Source: Eledone cirrhosa (lineage: Eukaryota). From it: DNA of 64,000 nucleotides. The position numbers and the translations under genes were made by a program. Below are positions 1 to 12,820 of the stretch, one piece after another (the stretch's first letter is position 1; each line of letters begins with the position of its first letter). The stretch lies in contig OZ024752.1 of assembly GCA_964016885.1 (NCBI GenBank), positions 36,890,001 to 36,954,000 of the forward strand, read 5' to 3'. Under the pieces are notes generated by a model that worked only from the letters and a program-made list of their open reading frames with translations, was not told the origin of the DNA and ran no database searches.

Positions 1-72
1 ACACACATATATATATATACACACATATATATATATGTATATACAAACACACATACAAACATATACATATGC

Positions 73-141
<69 letters not shown>

Positions 142-148
142 CACACAA

Positions 149-179
<31 letters not shown>

Positions 180-187
180 CACACACA

Positions 188-229
<42 letters not shown>

Positions 230-242
230 AATATATATATAT

Positions 243-275
<33 letters not shown>

Positions 276-567
276 CACACACACATATATATACACACAT
301 ATATATATATGTATATACAAACACACATACAAACATATACATATGCACATACATACACACACACACACATATATAAATATATATATATATATATATACAC
401 ATACACACATAGACACACACACACACATACATATATACACACACACACACATATATATACACACATATATATATGTATATACAAACACACATACAAACAT
501 ATACATATGCACATACATACACACACCACACACATATATATATATATATATACCCATACACACATAG

Positions 568-606
<39 letters not shown>

Positions 607-816
607 CACACATATATATATATATACACACACATATATACACACACACACACACACATATATATACACACATATATATGTATATACAAACACACATACA
701 CACATAGACACACACATACACACACATATATATACACACACACACACATATATATACACACATATATATATGTATATACAAACACACATACATATACACA
801 TACATACACATACGCG

Positions 817-868
<52 letters not shown>

Positions 869-1300
869 CGCGTATGTGTATGTATGTGCATATGTATGTG
901 TGTTTGTATATACATATATATATATGTGTGTGTGTGTATGTATGTGCATATGTATATGTTTGTATGTGTGTTTGTATATACATATATATATATATATGTG
1001 TGTGTATATATATATGTGTGTATATATGTGTGTGTGTGTATCTATATATATATATATATAATGAATAATAATAATAATGAAATTATTATGTACAAATTAT
1101 TGTATACATGTACACATATACACATACATATACACATACATATACACACACACATATATATATATACAAACACACACACACATACATATACACACATATA
1201 TATATATAAAGATATATACAAACACACACACACACATACATATACACATACACGCACGCACACATACACACGCATATATTCACATATATACACACACGTA
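1..1300. repeat. Compound (CA)/(TA)/(TG) microsatellite with a fold-back inverted duplication centred near 842
   Basis: ACGCGCTTA(TA)nTAAGCGCGT at about 811-873, with CA-rich sequence to the left and reverse-complementary TG-rich sequence to the right. Confidence 0.9.
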
Positions 1301-1657
1301 TACGACATAGCCACCACGACAACACCACCTCTTCCACTTTCACCGACATGGCGCTAATCTCACAGCTATCATTATCAAACCTCGTAAAGCTAACGATAAA
1401 ATTACTATTACGTACTTATATGCAAGTAGTAATTGTGGAGCACACGCAAGAATTACCTCCCTTGTGCCATTTGTCAGATATTCTCTACATAATACGGTTT
1501 TACTCACTCGGTACAAATATATAACCACAGCAAACAATATGTTGCTGCTTTGTTTTTCCTCTTTTATCACACACGCGCGCACACACACACACACACGTGT
1601 ATGTGTATGATAGTATAAGGATTTTCCAATTAAAATTGTTTTAAGTATAACTTGATT

Positions 1658-1923
<266 letters not shown>

Positions 1924-3133
1924 TATATATATATATATATATACACACACATACACCAATATGTGTGTGCGTGTTTATATATATATATTAGAATGCGTGT
2001 ATAAAATACCATAGTATTTAACACGCACACATATATATGTGTGTATGTGTGTGAGTGAAAAGCTTCGTTGTTAATGGCCCGGTTCCCGCGAACGTTTCGA
2101 ATGCTTAATGATCAATTCTGGTAAAGAAAGAGAGGGGAGACAACTCCAATATTTGAATAGGTGAGCAAAGTAGTTAGAATTGAATGTGACCATAACAAAA
2201 GGGGGAACAACTGCGGATATGTTTCGATTTCATTTGACCTCCTCTACAAAGCATAGTCTTCGAGAGTACTGCTAAACAGTGATGACCACAGAAATATATT
2301 AAGATTAGTTTGTTAATAAACACTAAATAGTATAATAACTTTAAATTCCTTGATTCCAAACATTAAGTATGTTAGCACCGATGTTATTATTTGGTTTCAA
2401 TGCAGAGACAGTGCTGAGCTTACCTACAAGCTAAATAAGCTTTAGTTTAGGGCCACACACCCTCTGATGGACTCATTTTTTTAAACATATTATTTTATCA
2501 TTAGTGTTCCTGAGTAATTTTCTAGTTCTTCCGGGCTATTAGTCTGGCACCTCACAGTTCTAATGGATTAAAATGCCAAAGAAACATTCAATCTATTGTA
2601 ACTGATAAAAACAACAAATTTTATCATTTCGTGATTACTGCAGATTAACATGACCTAAGTTGTAGCTTAACTTATGCCTAAGTCTGGCACTTTTCATAGT
2701 AATTTTATGTAAAAAAAAAATCGTCATTATTACTTTTCTATGAAAATAATTATTTCTACATTTGGCACAAGGCCAGTAATTTAGGGCAGGGAAAAAGTTG
2801 ATTATATCGACTCCAGTACTTGACTGGTACTTTATTTTATAGACCACGAAAGGATGAAAGGCAAAGAAGAGAGCTATGCCGCAAATCATGTTGTCTGACG
2901 CGCTTACGATACTGCTAATCCACCGAATGCTTGCAGAATGAAAATATAGACACATATAATATATATACAATTACTTATTGCTAAGAACCTTATAAATATA
3001 ATACACATCTAGTGAATCAATAAAAAAAATCAAGCGTCTTTCCTAATAGCAGAAATAATGAGATAATGTAAACAGACTAAATAGATTCTCTCCTGACAGA
3101 AGAGCTCAGTTCAAAACAAAAACTAAAGAGCAG

Positions 3134-3141
3134 CCGGAAGT
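3134..3141 (+). promoter_or_regulatory. ETS/GABP(NRF-2)-type motif CCGGAAGT just upstream of the MRM3 ATG
   Basis: Exact CCGGAAGT about 25 nt before the ATG. The motif is typical of housekeeping and nuclear-encoded mitochondrial gene promoters. Function is not shown. Confidence 0.45.
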
Positions 3142-3166
3142 ATCCGGTCTGGTTCATTTAAACAGC

Positions 3167-3450
3167 ATGGCTATTCCATTAAGAACAGCGTGTTTACTTA
3201 GTTCCCAGTTTAGATTTAGGGTTTTTAGTCAAGGAAAACATAAGCTTGGTGTCCGGAGTCCTATTATTAAAGAGATTTCTCCAGAGGAAGAAAAAAGGAA
3301 AATATTAAAGAAGAGAGGTTTCTTACAACCGAAAGATAAGGCAAAGGAAGATTTAAAATTTAACAGAAAAAAGGACAACAAAATAAAAACACGAGAAAAT
3401 GCATTGGTATTTCATGATGAAAAACTTGCCGAAGGAGATCCAAGATTCAG
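3167..3450 (+). CDS. MRM3: rRNA methyltransferase 3, mitochondrial (RNMTL1), exon 1 of 4, including probable mitochondrial targeting peptide
   Basis: ATG at 3167. Arg-rich, acid-free N-terminus MAIPLRTACLLSSQFRFRVFSQ. Donor CAG|GTTAGA after 3450 (phase 2) joins in frame to 9354. Confidence 0.88.
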
Positions 3451-3534
3451 GTTAGAATGTTTTGTGGTATTTTTTCAGAAATACTAACTGCATTTGTATT
3501 AAGGAATGTTTTTTTTTTAATTAGAAAAACGTAT

Positions 3535-3780
3535 ACATCGTTAGCGGCTTGTCTTACCGAGGTTATCAGGTGATGGCCCAGATAAGGGTGTTTGGATGTT
3601 CCAGCGTCTTAGCCTCGCCATCCCCCGCGGTAATGCCACCAGTGTGTTGGCTTGCCTCAAAACGTATTAGTATGAAGCTCATGTACCCCTTGTGGTGTAT
3701 AACTAATTGACACACAATGTTAACTTAATATTTTCTTTCGTTTTGATTCTATATTTCAATATGAAATATTTATAAAATTA
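3535..3780 (+). mobile_element. 3' fragment of a CRE-clade (REL-endonuclease) non-LTR retrotransposon in MRM3 intron 1
   Basis: 3593-3670 reads WMFQRLSLAIPRGNATSVLACLKTY*, matching the C-terminal QRLS.AIQRGNA.SV motif of CRE-type elements, followed by an AT-rich tail. Confidence 0.6.
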
Positions 3781-5400
3781 TGGATCTAGCTGTAGAAACG
3801 GCCGGAGCTCAGCCGTCGGGGTTCTGACTCTTTTCCTATTACTCACAATACCACCCTAAGTATCGAGTCTTCTGGTGTGTTATGGTCCACCTGGTTTCTT
3901 ACCACACTTACTTTGTTTATAATGAATCACTAGAGATATATGTATGTATGTGTTGAATGTTGACAGCTATACAACATATTTGTATTTTATTAGGGTTTCT
4001 TAAATAAAACTGAAAATTGTTGATCCATACAAACTAAGTCCAAACATTTACGATGATCTATTTATGTATTAAACCTGTTTAATTTTGATTGAGCAGATGT
4101 ATGATTAAAGTTATTCTAACCGTGACCATCCTGTCTTTTAGTTATAATTAGACATCGATCGAATCTATCGACGACATCCCAGGCCTCATTCGCCTACTGA
4201 GTGGGGGTAGAACTAATCAAATTGACCCAAGGAAACAATGCTTCCATTGGTATTTCCACTTGCTGATATTATCGACTGGTCGCAACTGCTGGCAGAAAGA
4301 GCAACATAAAATAAAGTGTCTTTGTCTTGCTCAAGGACATAATGTGTTGCCCGGTATGGGAATCGAACACGCAACCTTACGATTGCGAATCGAATTCTCT
4401 AAGCTCTAAGCTCACATAGTGTATCTAATGTGTTCTTTTTTTAAAGATCGTAGGATGTGATTTGAAGGAAATTTTGCTGCTATTTCTAGCAGTTCGAGTG
4501 ACAACTTAAAGGTTCTGTCTGTTATTAAATCGTCCTGTCATTTGCTTGGTTTTTAACATCAAGGTGTAACAAAGAGAATCATCCGATTTTATTTACATTT
4601 TTTTACAAATGCTCAATATGTAAATAACTTTATAAAAGTTATAAAAAATAATAGAACTTTATATCCAGACGTGTATTGTACAAGTTACTGCCCCATTTGT
4701 TTCAAAAATATAGCTTTTTTTTAAATCGGATGATTCATTTTGATACAGCCTGTATTTGGTAAAATCAGAGGACATGTGGAATGTCTATATTATTTATCTG
4801 TCGAGTCTCTTCAAGTTTCCATTATGGAAATAAAGAAATTAAAAGAAACCAGAGCTAACACATGTCAGAATTGTTGCGTTGGTCTTCCGTCGACAAGCGA
4901 TCAACGTAATAGTCTGCCCGTGAAATTAACGTGCAAGTTGCTAAACATTCAAATGGGCACGTGTACCCACCCTTAACTTAATTCTCAGGGAGATTCAGTG
5001 TGACCGGGTGTAACAAGGTCGGCTGGCCCTTTGAATTACATGTACAATTCTTTTTTTTTTTTTTTTTTTTTTTATTTGCTAGCGTGAAATAATTGTTTCT
5101 ACTTTAGGCACAAGGCTAGCAATTACCCAGTGCATTACTGGTACTTTATTTTATCTACCCCGTAAGGATGAAAGGCAAAGTCAACCTCGGCGGGATTTGA
5201 ACTCAGATCGTAAAGGGACGTAACTATGCTGGAAAGCATGGCGTCCGACCCTCTACCGATACTGCCAATCCACCGCCCATTTTTTTTTTGCTAGCGTGAA
5301 ATAATGTTTTGATCAAGGACACAACACGCCGCCGGAAATAGAGCTGGCGACCTTACGATCGTGAGCCAAATACTCTAACCACTAAACGACGCACCTTTAT

Positions 5401-5478
<78 letters not shown>

Positions 5479-5560
5479 TGTGTAGGAATAAACTGATATA
5501 ACCTTGAAGTCTAAATCTTCGTTTAGCTATTCTAATAGAATCATATAGGCAGCTTTCAAA

Positions 5561-5595
<35 letters not shown>

Positions 5596-5953
5596 CTTAT
5601 GTAGTTGACTGACGGAAGAAAAGAGTACTCAATAGCGAAGTAGAGTTTAAATATTCATTTATTATGGCCAAATTATGAGTATTGTTACTCTGGAGTTTCA
5701 CCTGCTCACTGACAGGACAGTCTGACAACTCTGTGACTGTGCAGGTGAAACTCCAGAGTAACAAGACTCCCTATTTAACCATAAGAAATGAATATATATA
5801 TATATGTATATATATTTGTTTCTATTTTTATTTTTATTTGTACTTTTAAAAAATTTACTTTTTAAAAATTGTTCCCCCCCCACCTTTTAAAAAAAATGTC
5901 TTTCCACCACTCCCCCACACACCCTCGGAACTCTCTTCCCACCCACTGTTCTC

Positions 5954-5984
5954 CTGATGAAGGGCTTATGCCCGAAACGTAGTC
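5954..5984 (+). ncRNA. Minimal hammerhead-ribozyme core of PLE type (degenerate stem I)
   Basis: CTGATGA-A-GGGC-TTAT-GCCC-GAAAC-GTA-GTC. Core and stem II are intact, but no convincing stem I was found. Confidence 0.5.
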
Positions 5985-6128
5985 CCTCCACCCCCCCACT
6001 CTCAAGCGTGAAACTAAAAACCATCATTTGTACTGCCTCTCTGTTTTTTGTTCTCTGTTCATTTATTCAACTATATATATATATATATATAATATAAGAT
6101 CAAAAGATGGTTAAAGGAGTTCCATGTA

Positions 6129-6195
6129 TTTTATTATGCGCATTTCAAAAACAAACATCATCATGCAATAATATTTGTGTTTTCATCAGATAAAA
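6129..6195 (-). ncRNA. Type I hammerhead ribozyme (inverted copy)
   Basis: Reverse complement reads UUUUAU CUGAUGA AAACACAAAUAUUAUUGCAUGAUGAUGUUUGUUUUU GAAA U GCGC AUA AUAAAA. Confidence 0.75.
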
Positions 6196-6900
6196 CAGGA
6201 GAACATGATATGAAGGCTAAAAAACACTTGTGGATAGTGCAGTTTTAAATCAACATTCTTATCCGATATCTGCATTGCTTTATTGTACTACAATAAAACT
6301 CACCTCCTACATATATATATATATGTAGGAGGTGAGTTTTATTGTAGTACAATAAAGCAATGCAGATATCGGATAAGAAGCACTCTACAGTTTGTAGGAC
6401 TGGAGTATACATAATTTTCAAATTTCCATAATACTTGTAAACATACACACTTTTTTTTGACGTTAGAATATTCATCCGCAATTCATTATTTTATTCTCTC
6501 TATCATCAAACTCATTATTCTAAATACATATTAACTCCCTCTCCTTCGTCGCACATAATTTTCCCTTCGTTAATTTTCAAATTCTTTTAATTCATACATT
6601 ATCTTCCAACGGTTTTCAACCTCTCTATGTAAAACAATATATCTTTCTCAGTTATAAAAACTATCTCTCTCTCTCTATCACCCATCTCTCCTCCTATCTC
6701 ATCCTTCCTCATTATATTCCTCCCTCTCATCTCACCTTCACTCTCACCTCCTCCTCTTTTTTTTCATCCTTTCCACCCCCCCCCCTCTAAATAAAATATT
6801 TTTCCCAATATCACACATCAATCTAAAACTACTTCTCATATGTTGATTTAAAACTGCACTATCCACAAGTGTTTTTTAGCCTTCATATCATGTCCTCCTG

Positions 6901-6965
6901 TTTTATCTGATGAAAACAAATATTATTGCTTGATGATGTTTGTTTTTGAAATGCGCATAATAAAA
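6901..6965 (+). ncRNA. Type I hammerhead ribozyme (PLE type)
   Basis: Stem I UUUUAU (6901-6906) pairs with AUAAAA (6960-6965). CUGAUGA at 6907-6913, long stem II 6914-6947, GAAA 6948-6951, palindromic stem III AUGCGCAU, cleavage triplet AUA at 6957-6959. Confidence 0.75.
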
Positions 6966-6997
6966 TACATGGAACTCCTTTAACCATCTTTTGTTCT

Positions 6998-7034
<37 letters not shown>

Positions 7035-7209
7035 ATATATATGTATATATAATTATATATATATATTGAATTGAATTAGTAAGCTTGCCATATTTTTTTT
7101 ACTACAGAAAACAGTCCGATAATAACAGGGGGTAGTATAAGACCCCAGAACGGAAAACAATGGACATCAGCATGATTTCAATGGCTTGATGTCCTTTCTA
7201 ACACCAGCC

Positions 7210-8905
7210 ACATTACAGGGTGGACTGGGAACATTTCATCATGTCTCTAGCACTTCCACCTTACAGGGTGGACTAGGTGCTTTTGTTGTGGCACCAGCAG
7301 TACCATCTTACAGAGTGGACTGAGTGTTTTTGTTGTGGCACCAGCACTACCTAACACATTACAGGGTGGACTGGGTACTTTTCATTGTGGTACCAGCAGT
7401 ACCATCTTACAGAGTGGACTGAGTGTTTTTGTTGTGGCACCAGCATTACCACATTACAGGGTGGACTGGGTACTTTTCATTGTGGCACCAGCAGTACCAT
7501 CTTACAGAGTGGACTGAGTGTTTTTGTTGTGGCACCAGCATTACCTAACACATTACAGGGTGGACTGGGTACTTTTCATTGTGGTACCAGCAGTACCATC
7601 TTACAGAGTGGACTGAGTGTTTTTGTTGTGGCACCAGCATTACCACATTACAGGGTGGACTGGGTACTTTTCATTGTGGTACCAGCAGTACCATCTTACA
7701 GAGTGGACTGAGTGTTTTTGTTGTGGCACCAGCATTACCACATTACAGGGTGGACTGGGTACTTTTCATTGTGGCATCAGCAGTACCATCTTACAGAGTG
7801 GACTGAGTGTTTTTGTTGTGGCACCAGCATTACCTAACACATTACAGGGTGGATTGGGTGCTTTTCATTGTGGTACCAGCAGTACCATCTTACAGAGTGG
7901 ACTGAGTGTTTTTGTTGTGGCACCAGCATTACCACATTACAGGGTGGACTGGGTACTTTTCATTGTGGCACCAGCAGTACCATCTTACAGAGTGGACTGA
8001 GTGTTTTTGTTGTGGCACCAGCATTACCTAACACATTACAGGGTGGACTGGGTACTTTTCATTGTGGTACCAGCAGTACCATCTTACAGAGTGGACTGAG
8101 TGTTTTTGTTGTGGCACCAGCACTACCACATTACAGGGTGGACTGGGTACTTTTCATTGTGGCATCAGCACTATTACCTTACAGAGTGGACTGAGTGTTT
8201 TTGTTGTGGCACCAGCATTACCTAACACATTACAGGGTGGATTGGGTGCTTTTCATTGTGGTACCAGCAGTACCATCTTACAGAGTGGACTGAGTGTTTT
8301 TGTTGTGGCACCAGCACTACCACATTACAGGGTGGACTGGGTACTTTTCATTGTGGCATCAGCACTATTACCTTACAGAGTGGACTGAGTGTTTTTGTTG
8401 TGGCACCAGCATTACCTAACACATTACAGGGTGGATTGGGTGCTTTTCATTGTGGTACCAGCAGTACCATCTTACAGAGTGGACTGAGTGTTTTTGTTGT
8501 GGCACCAGCACTACCACATTACAGGGTGGACTGGGTACTTTTCATTGTGGCATCAGCACTATTACCTTACAGAGTGGACTGAGTGTTTTTGTTGTGGCAC
8601 CAGCATTACCTAACACATTACAGGGTGGATTGGGTGCTTTTCATTGTGGTACCAGCAGTACCATCTTACAGAGTGGACTGAGTGTTTTTGTTGTGGCACC
8701 AGCACTACCACATTACAGGGTGGACTGGGTACTTTTCATTGTGGCATCAGCAGTACCATTTTACAGAGTGAACTGAGTGTTTTTGTTGTGGCACCAGCAC
8801 TACCACATTACAGGGTGAACTGGGTGCTTTTCATTGTGGCACCAGCACTATTACCTTACAGAATGGATTGGGTGCTTTTCATTATGGCACCAGCATTACC
8901 ACCTT
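7210..8905. repeat. Minisatellite in MRM3 intron 1: alternating 47-51 bp subunits forming 95/99-bp and 194-bp higher-order units
   Basis: ttacagggtggactgggtacttttcattgtggcaccagcagtaccatc alternates with ttacagagtggactgagtgtttttgttgtggcaccagcattacc(taac)aca. ORF-track starts recur every 194 nt. Confidence 0.95.
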
Positions 8906-8996
8906 ATAGCACTATAATGGTCAATGTCCTTGGTCTTACTGGAAAGGCTAGAATTCTCTCACCTCTTTCAGTTCAAACCGGCCACTCATACTGATG

Positions 8997-9326
8997 TTAA
9001 CCCTTTAGCATTTACATTATTCTATATATACAATTCCATTTTCTAGTAATTATCTCACATAATATTGAATCTATGAGATTTTGATATTATTTATTTTGAG
9101 AACAATACCTTAACATCAGTATGAGTGGCCAGTTACAGCTGGTTTGAACAGAAAGAGGTGAGAGAATTCTGGCTGGATACGGCCAGTTTAAATGCTAAAG
9201 GGTTAAGGTATTGTTCTCAAAATAAATAATGTCAAAATCTCATAGATTCGATATTATGTGAGGTAAAGCCTTTACCGTGAAAATATAATAGTAAATATAG
9301 AGTAATGGAAATACTAAAGGGTTAAT
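8997..9326. mobile_element. piggyBac-type MITE (TTAA-CCCTTTAGCA...TGCTAAAGGG-TTAA) with a partial duplication; further copies at about 22933-23162, 37530-37733, 40972-41187 and 49546-49770
   Basis: Terminal inverted repeats begin CCCTTTAGCATTTA and are flanked by TTAA. Internal sequence is shared among copies. Confidence 0.7.
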
Positions 9327-9353
9327 TTATTTATGATGTTCTAATTCTTTCAG

Positions 9354-9598
9354 ATCCAACATTAGTATTGCCAAATCTCGAAAGACTCGTTATAAAGATG
9401 GAAAAATTTTCTTGGAAGGTAAAAGACTGATTCTGGATGCATTGGAAAGTGGTGCTCAGTGTTGTGTGATGTATGTAACAAGTGACGTGGAGCCAGTCAA
9501 TCTACCAGCTCATCATATTGGCAAATTTCCTATCTATAAAGTTCAGTATAAACATTTGAAATTATGGTCTGATGTTGTAACACCATCTGGCATTGCAG
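9354..9598 (+). CDS. MRM3: MRM3 exon 2 (SpoU substrate-binding-like N-terminal domain)
   Basis: Acceptor ttctttcag|A. Reads RSNISIAKSRKTRYKDGKIFLEGKRLILDALESG...WSDVVTPSGIA, matching the MRM3 motifs LEG(R/K)RLI.DAL and WSD.VTP.GI. Donor GCAG|GTAAAC (phase 1). Confidence 0.93.
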
Positions 9599-11426
9599 GT
9601 AAACCATAAAAAATTTCACTTTATTTCTTCTATAAGTAATTTTCATCATCATCATCATCACCGCTGTACGTCCATTCTTCCACGCTAGCATGGGTTAGAC
9701 GAGGTGTCCTGTTGTGTTGTAGGCAATGCTAGGTTCAGGTGATCATGTCTTGCTCATACAGAACTGATTTTGGCTTGATATCTACAGTTGCATACCCTTC
9801 CTAACACCAACCTCATTTACAGTGAGTACTGGGTGCTTTTTGTCGTGGCACCTCCATGACCACATTACAGGGGATTGGGGAGCATACTGTCTTTATACTT
9901 CATCTTCGGCTTGTACACATAAATGTGGCTGGTGTTAGGAAGGGCATCCAGCTGTAAAATACCCGGCCAAGTTTACAGTCCTCGTCAGAGCAAGGGGTGG
10001 CATGGCCAACTCTGGCTAGACTTGCCTCCTGGCATGGACGACCCATCTAACCCATGCAAGCATGGAAAAATGGACACTAAACAGTGATGATGATGATATA
10101 TCAGGTGATGTTTACATAAAATTAATTTTAATATTTAGTGTAGCTAGTTATTCTTTAATCCCAGGTCATCCATGATTGAGGCCTTCCAACTATGACCTTC
10201 CCATATTGTTGTATATATGGAGACTGCATTGTTGATTCTTTTCTTCCTATTTTTAATCGCTTATTCAAGAAGAATTGGTAGCAAATTGTGGTATTTCTTC
10301 TGGCTCTTTTCTCCGGGGTCAACTTTGCCGTTCATCCTTTCAAGATCGATAAAGTACCAGTCTAATACTGGGGTTGGTTCTTCCTCTATATCTCTTTCCT
10401 ACTTCCATTCTCTCACTCTCTCTATCTTTCTCTGGATGAAATCTGCTGTATTCAGACCTGGAGAGGCGATGGTCTTTGCCAGGCTTAAAAATGCCCCAGA
10501 AACGCCATATACCAATATGGCATCCATATGAGTCTGTCAGGAGTTACAGGACCATCCATCTATCCACCAGGAAGAATGGCATCACCAATGGCCCTTTATT
10601 TTTTCAGGGCCTCTGAGCCTGGTGGGGAGGAAGTGTCCTCAAACTAGAGATTGATCTTGAATGCTTGCAACAGAGTGAAGTCCTCTCAACATACCTAAGC
10701 TGTTTCCTTTCTCTACTTCTTCTACCTCGACTACAATACTTTCTATTCCAATTGGGAGGAATAGACCTCTATTGCTTTCAACAATGAGTGTTTCAGTTGT
10801 TTGATCAACAGGACAGCCTGCCCATGACATTAATATGTAAGTGGCTGAACATTCCACAGACACGTGTACTTTTAAGGTAGTTTTCAGGGAGATTCAGTGT
10901 GATATAGTGTGTGACAAGGCTGACCCTTTGAATTACTGGTACAGTTCATCTTGAATTATTGTGTAAGAGACTGAACGTTCCATTTTCCACGCTAGCATGG
11001 TTTAGACAGGTTGTCACGTTATGAGACAAGTCGGGTCAGGAGACCACGTTTTGCTCATGCAGATCTGTGGTATGGCTTGTTTTCTATGGCTGGATGCACT
11101 TCCTAAAACCAACCACATTACAGTGGGGACTGGGTGCTTTTTGATATATCACCAGCACGACCACCTTACACTGTGGACTGAGTGCTTTTTGATATGTCAC
11201 CAGCACGACCACTTTACAGAGTGGACTGGGTGCTTTTTGTCATATCAGGAGCCCAACCACTTTACAAAGTGAACCGAGTGCCTTTTGTCGTCTCAGCAGC
11301 CTGACCACCTTACAAGGTCGACTGGGTGCTTTTTTTAAATTTTAAATACCATTTTTTTTCTATTGTTTTTATTTAATCAAATCTAAAACTATTTCAGCTA
11401 ATTTTTATTGTGTAAACATTTTTCAG

Positions 11427-11585
11427 CTGTTTTCAAAATGCCAAATCCTGGAGAAGCACTCATTCCTCAGAAGGAATCAATTCCTTTAACTCTTATTCTT
11501 GACAATATTCGAGATTCTGGTAATATGGGGACCTTGATACGGTCAGCTGCAGCTGTTGGTTGTTCAAAAATTCTTGCCTCCATTG
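11427..11585 (+). CDS. MRM3: MRM3 exon 3 (SpoU/TrmH motif 1)
   Basis: Acceptor tttttcag|CT. Reads AVFKMP...LILDNIRDSGNMGTLIRSAAAVG, SPOUT motif 1 (D.GN.G...RS). Donor ATTG|GTAAGT (phase 1). Confidence 0.95.
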
Positions 11586-12820
11586 GTAAGTAATATTTTC
11601 TGTTGTATATCATGATTTATAGTCTTTTCTTTATAAATACTAGTTGTAGCCCGGTTTTCCTTAGAACATACACAAACACACATACCTTTTTTCCACACTT
11701 GTTGATAGACTTGTGCTTAAAATTCCCGCATTTTCAATCAAAACTCAATAGTTTGGTAACAACACTCTCTACCTATCTATCTTTCTTTTACACACTCACT
11801 CTCTTTCACTGTATTTCTCTTACCACTAGGCCATGTGCCTCCACATAAAACTATTTCTAATTAGTGTTTTTGAAGCTATTAAAAACGGTAACTTAGTATT
11901 AAAAGTATTAAAAACAGTAACTTAGCTATTGTTTATGTAGATGGAGTCTCTGAGTAATTTATCATCTATTATATTTGTACCTGTTTAATTGTTATATTAT
12001 ATAAAAAGCTTAGAAGGACATTTCAGTAGTTATAACATTTTATACATATTATTATCATCATTTTAATGTCTTCTTTCCCTGCTTCCAAGACTTGGAGGGG
12101 TTTACATAGACCAAACAAGTACTGAAGTAGGGCTGCTGTTCTCCCAGACAGACCAGAGATCTGCATCTCGCTTATGTACAGTCTCACATTCTACCGACTG
12201 CACGGGAAAGGTTGTCATATCTTTGACACAACTGAAGGTCCTCCAAACCTTTTGTTTGGCAAGCCTTCTATGGCTGGATGCCCTTCTTAACACCAACCAC
12301 TTTACAGTATCTACTGGGTGTGTTTATTGTTTAGATCACCAGCACAGGAGAAGTTGTCATGTCTTGACACAACTGAAGGTCCACCCAGCCCTTTGTTTGG
12401 TTGGATGTCCTTCCTAACACCAACCACTTTACAGCATGCACTGGGTGTGTTTATTGTGTAGAACCTCTAGGGAGGTTGTCATGTCCTTGACACAACTGAA
12501 GAGTAGTCCTAACCCTTTGTTTGGCAAGCTTTCTACTGCTGGATGGTAAGAAATAAAATAGAAGAGAGTAGCTTTTAAATTAAAATTCCATAGACTTACA
12601 CTGATTAAAGCTAACTGATAATGGATGTCCATCCAATTTGAATAAATCGGTTATGTTGTATGTCTAAAGCCAGAAATATATAATAAAACACTCACCGTTT
12701 TCTTATATATTTCTGGCAATATTATATCAATATGAAACCTCCCCAAATATTTCTTTCAACACACGATTTCATAATCAAAACTTTGCAAAACAAATATATT
12801 TTATTGTTTTTGTTATTTAG

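Larger units (their letters stand above)
6091..7002 (+). mobile_element. Penelope-like element remnant: about 165-bp inverted pseudo-LTRs around a degenerate GIY-YIG-like fragment, flanked by (TA)n
   Basis: Arms 6091-6255 and 6841-7002 are reverse complements and each carries a hammerhead. A nested palindrome spans about 6256-6379. Degenerate GGEFY...RYRIR and FIRKF peptides resemble the end of a PLE endonuclease (weak). Confidence 0.65.

Noticed and set aside
35-1357. YI/HT/CV-rich ORFs here and at 28071-28865, 42761-43671, 48236-48966 and 61666-63984
   Set aside because: Translations of (TA)n, (CA)n and (TG)n microsatellites.
7335-8994. Repeated 108-aa ORFs
   Set aside because: Translations of the intronic minisatellite, each ending at a recurring in-unit stop.
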